Shown one piece after another: positions 30,475-38,773 of a stretch of DNA of 56,476 bases. Position 1 is the stretch's first letter. Each line of letters opens with the position of its first letter. The notes beneath the pieces are model-generated. The model ran no database searches and was not told the origin of the DNA. It saw nothing but the letters and a program-made list of their open reading frames with translations. The DNA comes from a virus. Taxonomy: Duplodnaviria; Caudoviricetes. A program made the translations under genes and the position numbers. The stretch spans positions 1-56,476 of the IMG/VR virus record IMGVR_UViG_3300034096_000849; one strand, given 5' to 3'.

Positions 30475-30760
30475 ACCGGGGGACGCGGGTGGTGTACATG
30501 CCCCCGCATCGGTTGCACCCAACCCACAGCGGCGCCCAGGACTGGTCGGCCATCTCCAGGAGCTGAGCCTCCTGGCGCTCGTCCAGGCCGGGGTGCTTCT
30601 CCCGCAGCTCCTCGAGCAGCATGTCGGGCGGGAAGCGCTGCCCCGGGTGGATGCAGACCCCGCCGCACTGGGGGCACACCCAACGCCAGGCGACGCGCAG
30701 CTCTACCTCGCCGTGAGACGGCAGCGCCTCGAACTCGCGCCGCATCTTCTCAGGATCCAC
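30458..30760 (-). CDS. Small zinc-binding hypothetical protein
   Basis: CPQC and CNRC pairs. Confidence 0.6.
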   Translation of the reverse strand: MDPEKMRREFEALPSHGEVELRVAWRWVCPQCGGVCIHPGQRFPPDMLLEELREKHPGLDERQEAQLLEMADQSWAPLWVGCNRCGGMYTTRVPRFIAGR

Positions 30761-31154
30761 GCTGGCCCCCGCGCTTGCCCAGCCGGCGCAGTCTGTCCAT
30801 GACCTCCTGAGGCGGCCCGTAGCGCTCCAGGGTCCAGCCGAGAGCTGAGAGCCTGGAGATCGTGGCGCGGCTCACTCCGAGCGCGTCCGCGGCCTCCTGG
30901 TGGGTCGCACCGCCCTGGACCATCTCGCGGGCCCGCTCCACGGCCTCGCGGCTCATCCTGGACTGCTGCGGGTAGGCCGTGCCGTCGGCTGACCTCGAGG
31001 CCCGCGCGTAGTGGGTCGCGCACAGAGGGAGGTCGGTCCAGGCCCAGCCGGAGTCGGTCAGGAGCCTGACGTGGCGCCAGTGCTTGGCGGGCTGGCCGCA
31101 GGGCGGCGCGCCCGGGGTGTCGGTCCAGGCGCAGATGGAGGCGTCGCGGGGCAT
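30750..31154 (-). CDS. HTH DNA-binding protein with N-terminal Cys/His cluster
   Basis: THQEAADALGVSRATISR. Confidence 0.75.
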   Translation of the reverse strand: MPRDASICAWTDTPGAPPCGQPAKHWRHVRLLTDSGWAWTDLPLCATHYARASRSADGTAYPQQSRMSREAVERAREMVQGGATHQEAADALGVSRATISRLSALGWTLERYGPPQEVMDRLRRLGKRGGQRGS

Positions 31155-31246
31155 GCGGGCAGCCTCGCAGGGCTGCCGCGGGGCCGCAAGGGGTGGCCCG
31201 GGATTGGGAGCGCGGGGGCATTTTCCGGCGCCGGCGAAATGGCCGC

Positions 31247-31289
31247 AAAAGACCGAGGCCCTGGGTTCCGTTACGGATCCCAGGGCCTC
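31247..31289 (-). terminator. Intrinsic terminator of the ribozyme-containing operon
   Basis: Minus strand GAGGCCCTGGG-ATCCGTAACGGAA-CCCAGGGCCTC followed by GGTCTTTT. Confidence 0.7.
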
Positions 31290-31389
31290 TGTTGGATGCG
31301 GCCGGCCCCCCCTTTCTTGGCGGATCGCGGGGGCTCGGCGCGGGCGTCGTTCTGGGGACCAGTCTAGCTGGTGCCCCAGTGCCAAGACC

Positions 31390-31587
31390 CTACTCGCCAT
31401 GCCGGGCGGCAGTCAATAGCGCCGCCAGCACCTCTTCCCGGGACGCGGACTGGAGCCCCCGAGCCGAAGCCCAGGCCTCGATCTGGGCCGCCAGCCCGGC
31501 CGGCAGGCGGACCTCCCAGCGGACCTTGGGCGCGGGCGGCGGGTCCAGGCGCGGCCGGCCGGGGCGGCGCTTGGGGGGTGTGGTCAC
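31390..31587 (-). CDS. Small DNA-binding protein (AT-hook-like GRPR plus ribbon-helix-helix)
   Basis: KRRPGRPR...VRWEVRLPAGLAAQIEAWA...SREEVL; GTGA coupling. Confidence 0.7.
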   Translation of the reverse strand: MTTPPKRRPGRPRLDPPPAPKVRWEVRLPAGLAAQIEAWASARGLQSASREEVLAALLTAARHGE

Positions 31588-31841
31588 TGAGACACCCCCA
31601 GATCGTCTGCGCAGACGGCAGCCCATTCGGCGGGGGGCACGCTGGACATCGGCGCGGTCAGCTCCCGGTCGCAGACGTGGAGCAGCCACCGGTCAGAGAG
31701 CTGCTCCGCATAGCCGTAGCAGCCCTCGGCAAGCTCCACGCGCCAGAGCTGGACGCACTCGGGCGAGGGGGTGTAGCCAGGCTGGTCAGCGCCGCAGGGC
31801 CCCCAGGCGGAGGGCAGGTCGGTCGTGGCTTGGGTGGTCAT
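31584..31841 (-). CDS. Hypothetical protein (cassette 3, downstream of ribozyme copy 2)
   Basis: ATG immediately after the repeated leader; MTTQATTDLPSAW. Confidence 0.75.
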   Translation of the reverse strand: MTTQATTDLPSAWGPCGADQPGYTPSPECVQLWRVELAEGCYGYAEQLSDRWLLHVCDRELTAPMSSVPPAEWAAVCADDLGVSQ

Positions 31842-31929
31842 GGCTTGGTGGGGTCTGTGGTGGTCTTGGCTTGCCTCATCAGTGCGCCGGGGGCCACCCG
31901 AGCGCAGACCGGCCGGGGCCGGTTTCGGC
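31838..31929. repeat. 92-bp direct repeat (copy 2), one mismatch vs 32307-32398
   Basis: Direct alignment; offset 469 bp; mismatch 31892 G vs 32361 A. Confidence 0.95.
31867..31929 (-). ncRNA. Type II hammerhead ribozyme, copy 2
   Basis: GCC-GAA-ACCGGC(CCCG)GCCGGU-C^UGCGC-U-CGGG(UGGCC)CCCG-GCGCA-CUGAUGA-GGC-AAGCCA; full core, three stems, loop I/3' tail pseudoknot; cleavage 31907/31906. Confidence 0.92.
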
Positions 31930-31935
31930 GGGGGT

Positions 31936-32310
31936 TTAGGCCCCCAGGAGTTGGGTCGGGTGCGGCTGGAACCCTTGCGCCTCATATTCGGCGGCGCGGG
32001 CTGCGATCAGGCTTCGAGCAAAGTGCGCAGCCTGGTCGGCACTCGCGCACTTGAAAAGAACCCGGCCGGACTTCTGCCCAACCAGCCAGCCGCGCACCGA
32101 GTAACCCTCGCCAAGCGGCTCGACCTGGAGGCGCTGGAGGTTGGGGCTGCCCTCCCAGCGCCAGGCCTTAGCGGCTTGCACTTTGCCGGCCCAGCCGCGA
32201 GGCATAGCAAGGTCGGATGGCATGAATTGTCCGCCCTCATAAAACAGCTTGTTGACCTCGGAGAAGGCGCCGCCGATAGGGGCTTGCTCGGGAAGGGCTT
32301 GGGCGTTCAT
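31936..32310 (-). CDS. Hypothetical protein (cassette 2, flanked by both ribozymes)
   Basis: 124 aa, MNAQALPEQAPIGGAFSEVNKLFYEGGQFMP. Confidence 0.75.
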   Translation of the reverse strand: MNAQALPEQAPIGGAFSEVNKLFYEGGQFMPSDLAMPRGWAGKVQAAKAWRWEGSPNLQRLQVEPLGEGYSVRGWLVGQKSGRVLFKCASADQAAHFARSLIAARAAEYEAQGFQPHPTQLLGA

Positions 32311-32398
32311 GGCTTGGTGGGGTCTGTGGTGGTCTTGGCTTGCCTCATCAGTGCGCCGGGAGCCACCCGAGCGCAGACCGGCCGGGGCCGGTTTCGGC
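32307..32398. repeat. 92-bp direct repeat (copy 1)
   Basis: Direct alignment with 31838-31929. Confidence 0.95.
32336..32398 (-). ncRNA. Type II hammerhead ribozyme, copy 1
   Basis: Same fold; loop UGGCU pairs with downstream AGCCA; begins immediately after the upstream TGA; cleavage 32376/32375. Confidence 0.92.
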
Positions 32399-32668
32399 TC
32401 AGTCGGTGCGCCGCACGTACCGGCCCTCGGAATCCACGTCGAGGGTGGCCACCAGGAACTGATAGGGGATGTAGTCGCGCTCCCGTTCGCCAGGCAGCAG
32501 GGATGCCATGAGGCGAAAGTTGTCCCGGGCAGCAACCCCACCTTCGACCAGCGTGCCCACCAGGACGCCCACAGCTTTGTGGTGCAGGCTGCCCTCAATG
32601 CGGGCCAACTGGACAGCTTGGGCGAGGGTTTGCTGGGGCAGGCAGGTGGCTTGGGCGCTGGCGTTCAT
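32399..32668 (-). CDS. Hypothetical protein (cassette 1)
   Basis: MNASAQATCLPQQ after a related AAGCC-ATG leader. Confidence 0.7.
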   Translation of the reverse strand: MNASAQATCLPQQTLAQAVQLARIEGSLHHKAVGVLVGTLVEGGVAARDNFRLMASLLPGERERDYIPYQFLVATLDVDSEGRYVRRTD

Positions 32669-32725
32669 GGCTTTGGGCTTGCTGGGGTCAGGTGGTCTGT
32701 CAGGCCGCGGCGTCAACCGCGATGG

Positions 32726-32758
32726 GAGTACCTTCGCACGGCCGCGCCGGCCAGTCAA
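32726..32758 (-). promoter_or_regulatory. Putative early promoter TTGACT-N16-CGAAGGTACTC
   Basis: Same motif at 45161-45194; upstream of the inverted operon. Confidence 0.65.
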
Positions 32759-32965
32759 TACAAAACCGGCCGGAAAATATCTGGCAGCCGCAAACGTGGG
32801 CCAGAACGTCACTTAGGGCCTTCCCAGCCGCCCCGCCTAGCCCCCGGAGTGTAAGGGATGCGCAAAAACAGGGCTCCTAGGGGGCTCCGGTGGCCGTCTC
32901 GGAATCAGAATTGGGCAGTCCGCACCCTCATATCTGCCCCTGTCATGGTCTCAACCTCTGCCCAC

Positions 32966-33394
32966 ATGGCCCGTCCCGAGGCTGCCGCGCGCCTGATCCA
33001 GTCCCTCCTGCTCCAGTCCTACCGCTCGGACCTGCCTCGCCTGGCCGACCTGCTCGCCAGCCCACGCCTGCGAGCCGGTCTCGATCCCGACGACTCCCAG
33101 CGGCTCCAGGAGCTGGCCGGGATCCTCGCCGATGCGGCGCAGTTGGGCGGCGCAGCAAACCAAGCGCAAACCTTGGCCCCCTCCGAGGGCCTAGATCGTG
33201 CTGCCCGGTGGATCGCGCGCGAAAAGCGTCTAGCTATCTCGATGCTCGCCGCCGTGGTGGTCATCGTCGCCGGCCTCGTGGCCTACCTCGCGGCATCGCA
33301 TCGGGTCTCCGAGCGGCTGCGGATCGTCGAGGCGAACATCGACGAGCTGCGCGGCACCGCTGACACCCTCTCCCGCCTCGTTGCGGATCGCTGA
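32966..33394 (+). CDS. Membrane protein with one TM helix
   Basis: LAISMLAAVVVIVAGLVAYLAA plus coiled-coil tail. Confidence 0.6.
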   Translation: MARPEAAARLIQSLLLQSYRSDLPRLADLLASPRLRAGLDPDDSQRLQELAGILADAAQLGGAANQAQTLAPSEGLDRAARWIAREKRLAISMLAAVVVIVAGLVAYLAASHRVSERLRIVEANIDELRGTADTLSRLVADR

Positions 33395-33395
33395 C

Positions 33396-33683
33396 ATGGC
33401 TTCGAAGAACATCTCCGGCTCCTGGTCTCCCGCGAATCCGCCGAGCCCTGGCAGCCTCGCCAGCGTCTACGACGACTACACCGACTCGCAGGTCGTCGAA
33501 GCGCACCTGCTAGGCGTCGGCGGGATGCTCGGCAGCTCGGTCGATGCGATCTCGACCACCTGGCCGGGATTGCCTGCTCCCGTGCTTACGGCCAAGCTGA
33601 CCGGGGAATCGGCAACTGCCACGCTGCGCCGGCACAAGAGCGCGTGCCTGCTCGCCGTGGCGCAGCACCCCATCACTGGCTGA
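33396..33683 (+). CDS. Hypothetical protein
   Basis: Tightly packed ORF in operon. Confidence 0.6.
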   Translation: MASKNISGSWSPANPPSPGSLASVYDDYTDSQVVEAHLLGVGGMLGSSVDAISTTWPGLPAPVLTAKLTGESATATLRRHKSACLLAVAQHPITG

Positions 33684-33686
33684 GCC

Positions 33687-34043
33687 ATGCCCAAGGTCTC
33701 GAACCTGCCCGAGTCGCTCGAGCTTCAAGCGCTGCTCGGTGCCACGTTGACGTTCGCGGTCGCGCCGAAGAACAGCGACGGGTCCGCGATCGACATGACC
33801 GGCCAGACGCTCACGCTGACCGTTCGCCGGCAGGGCCAAACCGCGGCGCTGCTCACGCTGACCTCGCCTAGCGGCGGCATCTCGGCGCCTGGCACGTCGG
33901 CCACCGTCACGCTGACCCCAGCCAACACCGCGACGCTAGGCGCCGGCGAGTTCGTGTACACGCTGAACCGCGCATCGGGTGGCGTTGTCCTCCCCCTGCT
34001 GTCCGGTCCGCTCTCGGTGCGCGCCGAGTCGATCTACCCGTGA
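33687..34043 (+). CDS. Beta-rich virion structural protein (fibre adaptor-like)
   Basis: GAT.TF...DG..IDMTG.T...VR...TLT...T.TL...VY.L pattern; precedes the collagen gene. Confidence 0.6.
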   Translation: MPKVSNLPESLELQALLGATLTFAVAPKNSDGSAIDMTGQTLTLTVRRQGQTAALLTLTSPSGGISAPGTSATVTLTPANTATLGAGEFVYTLNRASGGVVLPLLSGPLSVRAESIYP

Positions 34044-35527
34044 CGGTCCAGGTCATCGCATCGCCGGTCCTGGTCGAGGTCACGGGGCTGCCCGTGGGCC
34101 CGGTTACGGTCGAGACCGCGGGCCCGGTGTCGGTCGAGGTCACAGGCGGCGGCAGCGGGGGCGCTGTCGGCCCGCAGGGCCCGCCTGGCCCCGAGGGGCC
34201 TGCTGGCCCTCAAGGCCCTGCCGGGCCTGCCGGAGCGACCGGCGCCCAGGGCCCGCAAGGCGTCGCTGGACCCGCCGGCGCAACCGGACCGCAAGGTTCC
34301 GTCGGAGCCACGGGCGCGACCGGGCCCGCTGGCCCGAAGGGAGACACGGGAGACACGGGCCCCCAGGGTCCGCAGGGCACCCAAGGACTCCAGGGGATCC
34401 AGGGCCCGGCCGGCCCTGCCGGCGCAACCGGGGCGACCGGCCCGGCCGGCCCCGAGGGTCCCCAGGGTCCGCAAGGGCCCGCGGGCGCAGCAGGCGCGAC
34501 GGGCGCCACTGGCCCCCAGGGCCCGGCCGGCCCGCAAGGTGACCCCGGCCCGACTGGTCCTCAGGGCCCGGCCGGTGCAAATGGTGCCACGGGAGCCCAG
34601 GGCATCCAGGGGCCAGCCGGACCCACTGGCCCGACGGGCGCCACAGGTCCAGCCGGACCCGAAGGCCCGCAAGGTCCAGCAGGCCCGACGGGTCCGACTG
34701 GAGCGGCCGGCGCCACGGGCCCGGCGGGAGCAACTGGGGCCACCGGCCCCGCAGGACCCGGCTTGCCCGTCGGCGGCATCGCCGGCCAACTGCCGGTCAA
34801 GTTGAGCTCCACCGACTACGCGACGGCCTGGCGCTTCCTGACGCACCTGCCGAGGCTGCAACTCGGCTACTGGCCGACTGCCAGCGGCGCGGGCACCGGC
34901 ATCGGCACCGCCTGGACCAACGCAGGCTCAGCCAGCACTCCGGCGCTCGGCTCGGGATCGGTCTGGGACAGCACGGCAAGGAATCGACTTTCCACCACCG
35001 CGGCCACAGGCCAAAACGCGTCCACTCGCAGCTCGCTCAAGGTCATCCCCGGCAGTTTCGACGCGCTTCCCGGCTTCCGCTTGCGCGCCCTGTTCGGCTT
35101 CAACTCCATGATTGCGGGCCATCGCTGCTTCGTCGGCCTGCAAGGGTCCGCCACTGCCATCGGCAACGTAGAGCCTCAGACGATCGCAAGCTCAATCGCG
35201 TTCATTTCAAGATCGACAGACACTCAATACCAGCTAATGTCGCGGCGCGCCGGCAGCACCGACTTTGTGCCGCTTGGCGCCGACTTTGAAGTTGGCTCGC
35301 TGACGAATGTGCCTCTCGATCTGCTCATCGCGCATGCCCCGAACAGCGCAACCTACGAATGGCGCGTGACCAGGCTAGACACGGGCGCGACGCAAAGCGG
35401 CACCGTGACCAGCGAGAACAGCCCAGGGGTTAACACGCAGCTTGCGTTCCACGCTTGGGTGAACACCGCAAGCTCTTCGACCGCAGCCGTCATTGAGCTT
35501 GCGTCGGTGCTGGCGTACGACTACTAA
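34040..35527 (+). CDS. Collagen-like fibre protein
   Basis: About 200 aa of Gly-X-Y repeats followed by a globular beta-rich domain. Confidence 0.9.
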   Translation: MTVQVIASPVLVEVTGLPVGPVTVETAGPVSVEVTGGGSGGAVGPQGPPGPEGPAGPQGPAGPAGATGAQGPQGVAGPAGATGPQGSVGATGATGPAGPKGDTGDTGPQGPQGTQGLQGIQGPAGPAGATGATGPAGPEGPQGPQGPAGAAGATGATGPQGPAGPQGDPGPTGPQGPAGANGATGAQGIQGPAGPTGPTGATGPAGPEGPQGPAGPTGPTGAAGATGPAGATGATGPAGPGLPVGGIAGQLPVKLSSTDYATAWRFLTHLPRLQLGYWPTASGAGTGIGTAWTNAGSASTPALGSGSVWDSTARNRLSTTAATGQNASTRSSLKVIPGSFDALPGFRLRALFGFNSMIAGHRCFVGLQGSATAIGNVEPQTIASSIAFISRSTDTQYQLMSRRAGSTDFVPLGADFEVGSLTNVPLDLLIAHAPNSATYEWRVTRLDTGATQSGTVTSENSPGVNTQLAFHAWVNTASSSTAAVIELASVLAYDY

Positions 35528-36276
35528 CCTCCGTGCCGCGAGTGGTCGCCATCGCTCCACTCGTACTTTTCGGGGCCTGTCTGGATGATCTTCTCGACCT
35601 GGATCCGAACCAGCTTGATGCAGGTCTCAAAAATCGTCTTGTCTTTTTTCGTCTCGATCGCGTCGCGGCGCCGTTGCAGCTCGAGAATCTGAGCATCGAG
35701 CCGCGCCAGCTCGTCTAGCCAGGGCTGGATATCGCGCTTGGCCGTGGCGATCAGCGCCTCGGCGTCCTCCATGCTGTGCGGCTGTGCGCAGCCGTCGCCT
35801 GTCACTAGGTGGCGGCCTAGGTCCTCCGGCATCCACGACTTGCCGCAGACTGGGCAAACGAGCCGGTAGCGACGCGGGGCCCCCGGCGCAAGGGGCGGGC
35901 GCAGCGGGTAGGGGGGCGGCACGTCCGGCGGGGGTTCCGGGTAGCGGACGGCTTGATCCGACACCCGGGAGGCGATCGGCTCGGGCAGGGCCGCTGGCGC
36001 GCTGCCGGGGCCGGGGCCTTCGCCGGTCTGGAGCCATTGGACGGACACGCCGTAGAGCCTGGACAGCACCCGCAGCGCGTAGGGCGTGGGGTGGTTGTCG
36101 GCCCGCTCGTAAGCCCAGATCGTGGCGGAGCTTCGGGCCAACTCTCTGCCGGCCTGGGCTGCGCCAATTCCTGCCGCCTCCCTGGCCTCACGAAGGCGCC
36201 TGCCCAGCTCCTGGGAGTGCTCCGTCTTCTGCTGGTCCTGGGGAGCCGACACGGGGTCGGCGATGCTAGGCGGCAT
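35524..36276 (-). CDS. XRE-family HTH repressor with C-terminal zinc-finger/coiled coil
   Basis: [10 protein letters not shown]...YER....P...[14 protein letters not shown]; divergent from xis/int. Confidence 0.85.
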   Translation of the reverse strand: MPPSIADPVSAPQDQQKTEHSQELGRRLREAREAAGIGAAQAGRELARSSATIWAYERADNHPTPYALRVLSRLYGVSVQWLQTGEGPGPGSAPAALPEPIASRVSDQAVRYPEPPPDVPPPYPLRPPLAPGAPRRYRLVCPVCGKSWMPEDLGRHLVTGDGCAQPHSMEDAEALIATAKRDIQPWLDELARLDAQILELQRRRDAIETKKDKTIFETCIKLVRIQVEKIIQTGPEKYEWSDGDHSRHGG

Positions 36277-36339
36277 GCTGGCGTGATTTTCCGCGCTGTC
36301 GCCAATTCCCGCAACCGGAACGGTGGCGAAAAAATACGC

Positions 36340-36384
36340 TCTGAGGCTTGCTGAGTTCAGTCAGTTCAGGAAAGCTGAGCCTCC
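36340..36384. promoter_or_regulatory. Putative immunity operator/promoter region
   Basis: CTGAG x3, AGTTCAG x2, GAGGCT...AGCCTC inverted repeat; TTGCTG-N17-AAAGCT. Confidence 0.45.
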
Positions 36385-36594
36385 ATGAAGCCCTCGCCCG
36401 CCGACCTGCCGCCCATGCACACGCCCCGGAGCGCCGCCGAGGCCCTCGGGGTGAGCGTGAGCTGCATTCACAAGTGGATCACCTCTGGAGCCCTGCCCGC
36501 CGTCCGCGTGGGCAGCCGCTATCGCATCCCCGAGTCCAGCCTGGCCGCCGTCGTGAGCCAGGTCCCCGCCCCCGCCGGCCAGCCCGGCAACTGA
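36385..36594 (+). CDS. xis: Excisionase / Cro-like HTH protein
   Basis: TPRSAAEALGVS..CIHKWI.SGALPAVRVGSRYRIPESSL. Confidence 0.85.
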   Translation: MKPSPADLPPMHTPRSAAEALGVSVSCIHKWITSGALPAVRVGSRYRIPESSLAAVVSQVPAPAGQPGN

Positions 36595-36614
36595 CCCCGA
36601 GACCCCATCCCGCC

Positions 36615-37994
36615 ATGCAAGCAACCATCGAGACCACCCGCCTGGCCGAGGCGATCGCCGCCCTCGTCCAGGCCCCGGCCAGGCCCAGCGCCCGGCTGGA
36701 ATCCGTCGTCCAGGCCTACCTGGAGGCCCAGGCGCCCCACGTGGGGGCCGAGCATCACCGATTCACCCAGCGCAAGATCCGCGACCTCCTGGGAGCGCTC
36801 CAGGCCACGGCGCGAGCCGCCGGCCGCCGGCTGGAGCTCGTCGCCGACCTCGAGGCCGGCCAGGTCTCGGCCTGGATGCGGGCCCGCCTGGACCAGGGCA
36901 TGGCCAGCGCGACCGTCCGGGGCCACGTGGCGGCGCTCAAGACCGCGCTGGCCTGGGCAGTCGAGCAGGAGATCATCGAGCGCAGCCCCCTGGGCAAACT
37001 GCGCCTGCCGGCCATCGGGCGGGCGCGCCAGACTCGGCCCCGGGGCCGCCCGGACTCCGAGCAGATCGCCGCGCTGATCGGGGCCGCCAGCGCCCAGGAC
37101 CATGCAGCCGCCGACGGCATCCCCCAGCTCCCGCTGCTGTGGACGATGATCCGGACCGGCATCCGCCGGGGCGAGGCCATCGCCGCGCGCCGTGGCGATT
37201 ACGACCGCCGCGCCAGGGTGCTCCGAATCCGCGCGGAGAGCGCCAAGACCAAGCGCGGCCGGGTGCTGCCGCTGGAGGACGAGGACTGCGCCGCCATCGA
37301 TGGGGCGATTGCCGCGACGGATCGCCTCCTGGGCCGCCAGCTCGACACCGCGCCGCTATTCCGCTCGCGCCGCGGGGCGAAGCTCCAGCCGCGCAACGTC
37401 TCACGCTGGATGGACCAGCTCTTGCGCGCCGCCGGCGTCCCCAAGCGCAACGCCGCGGGCGAGGCCATCTGCCTGCACTCGCTGCGCCACGCCGCGGCCG
37501 ACAGCCTCGCGGCCACCAACCTGCGCGCCGCCCAGCTCCTGCTCGGGCACACGACCAGCCGCACGACCGAGGGCTACCTGCACTCGACCGATGCTGACTA
37601 TCTGCGCGCCGCGATCCAGGGCCTGCCGCGGCCCGATGTGCAGAACCTGCTCACAACTGGTGTCCCAGGACTCGCAGTCGAGGCTCAGGTGTCCACCGGA
37701 GGAGGCGGCAAAAAACCGCCCCGCAGGGCCACTGGAATGGGTGAGCGAGGGGACTCGAACCCCCGACCCCGAGAACCACAATCTGGGGACGGTTTTCCGG
37801 CATCTTCCAGACAAACCGCCCAGACGAAACCCGAACAGCTGGCCGTCGAAATCCAGGTCCAGTGGCTCCGGGAAGGCCAGGAGATCCTGCTCCCGACTGT
37901 CGAGGCGCTCCGCGCGCTCCTGCTCGCCCAGGAGCCGCTCGCCACGCTTCTTCGCCGCGGCGCCGTGCGCATCAAGGGGGTGGCCCGTGGCTGA
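36615..37994 (+). CDS. int: Tyrosine integrase
   Basis: TGIRRGE (R), KTKR (K), HSLRH, LLGH, TEGY (Y). Confidence 0.95.
   Translation: MQATIETTRLAEAIAALVQAPARPSARLESVVQAYLEAQAPHVGAEHHRFTQRKIRDLLGALQATARAAGRRLELVADLEAGQVSAWMRARLDQGMASATVRGHVAALKTALAWAVEQEIIERSPLGKLRLPAIGRARQTRPRGRPDSEQIAALIGAASAQDHAAADGIPQLPLLWTMIRTGIRRGEAIAARRGDYDRRARVLRIRAESAKTKRGRVLPLEDEDCAAIDGAIAATDRLLGRQLDTAPLFRSRRGAKLQPRNVSRWMDQLLRAAGVPKRNAAGEAICLHSLRHAAADSLAATNLRAAQLLLGHTTSRTTEGYLHSTDADYLRAAIQGLPRPDVQNLLTTGVPGLAVEAQVSTGGGGKKPPRRATGMGERGDSNPRPREPQSGDGFPASSRQTAQTKPEQLAVEIQVQWLREGQEILLPTVEALRALLLAQEPLATLLRRGAVRIKGVARG
37738..37784 (-). other. attP core: 3' half of tRNA-His(GTG), inside the integrase ORF
   Basis: AGA-TTGTGGT-TCTCG-GGGTC-GGGGG-TTCGAGT-CCCCT-CGCTCAC-C-CA: GTG anticodon loop, T-arm, acceptor strand, C73; no D-arm. 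Confidence 0.85.
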
Positions 37995-38319
37995 GCCCAA
38001 GACCTGCTTCTCGTGCCGGCGAGAGTTCACCGGCTCGCAGCTCCTGCGGACGCACGCCCTAGTCCAGGGCTTCGCCGTCCGGGTCTGCCCGATGTGCCTG
38101 GACGAGCGCCTCCGCCGCGAGCCGCGACTCGGTGCCGAGCGCGAGGCCGTGCTGTGGCGCGGGTTCGCTCTCGTGCTCATGGAGTCACTGGAGCGGCCGT
38201 CGCCTCTGAGCACGGCGGGTGACCGTGCGGCGCGCGAGCTGGCGCTCGAGCGCCTCGGGTGCGAGACGACCCGCTCGGCGATCCTGGCCCTGCTGACGAG
38301 TGAGGAGGTGGTGTGGTGA
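37987..38319 (+). CDS. Hypothetical protein with CxxC pairs
   Basis: CFSC...CPMC; overlaps the int stop. Confidence 0.6.
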   Translation: MAEPKTCFSCRREFTGSQLLRTHALVQGFAVRVCPMCLDERLRREPRLGAEREAVLWRGFALVLMESLERPSPLSTAGDRAARELALERLGCETTRSAILALLTSEEVVW

Positions 38320-38546
38320 GCGACCTACTGAGCTACGAGAGGATCGAGATCGGCGGAGGCCGCGCACTGAGCGTCTCTGCGCACCCGACTAGCGCCAGAT
38401 GCGTCTGCATCTACGTCTCCTCCGATGGGGTGCAGGCCTACCTCCACCTGGGACCGGATGAAGCGCTGTGGCTCGCCAAAGCCCTGGAGGCGGCTGCGAA
38501 GGTGGCTATCGCCGCGAGGGCAGAGCAGCAGGAGGTGGCGTCGTGA
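38316..38546 (+). CDS. Hypothetical protein
   Basis: GTGA-coupled chain. Confidence 0.6.
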   Translation: MSDLLSYERIEIGGGRALSVSAHPTSARCVCIYVSSDGVQAYLHLGPDEALWLAKALEAAAKVAIAARAEQQEVAS

Positions 38547-38773
38547 GCAAGAAAGCGCAGCAAGCCAAGATCGGCAAGGTGAAGAGTAGCGATAGGCTTT
38601 CTATCGACGTGCACGCCACCTACCAAGGCTATGGGGATGGCCTTGTGCCGGTGCTCTTCCAGGGCGACGGCATCATGTTCTTCACTTTGCCGCCTCAAGC
38701 GGCCTACGAGCTTGGCCTCTACCTCTGTGAAGCTGCCGATGCAGTGGGCAGGATGAAGGAAGGTGCGTGGTGA
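38543..38773 (+). CDS. Hypothetical protein
   Basis: GTGA-coupled chain. Confidence 0.6.
   Translation: MSKKAQQAKIGKVKSSDRLSIDVHATYQGYGDGLVPVLFQGDGIMFFTLPPQAAYELGLYLCEAADAVGRMKEGAW

Noticed and set aside
31838-32398. 92-bp repeats as CRISPR, attL/attR, integron attC or DGR TR/VR
   Set aside because: Only two copies, no reverse transcriptase, no adenine-specific variation pattern or attC core seen; the hammerhead fold explains them fully
34168-34765. Nucleotide tandem repeats
   Set aside because: Explained by Gly-X-Y collagen coding
37738-37810. Complete tRNA-His gene
   Set aside because: No D-arm or 5' acceptor strand, and the anticodon stem is mismatched; only the 3' half is present
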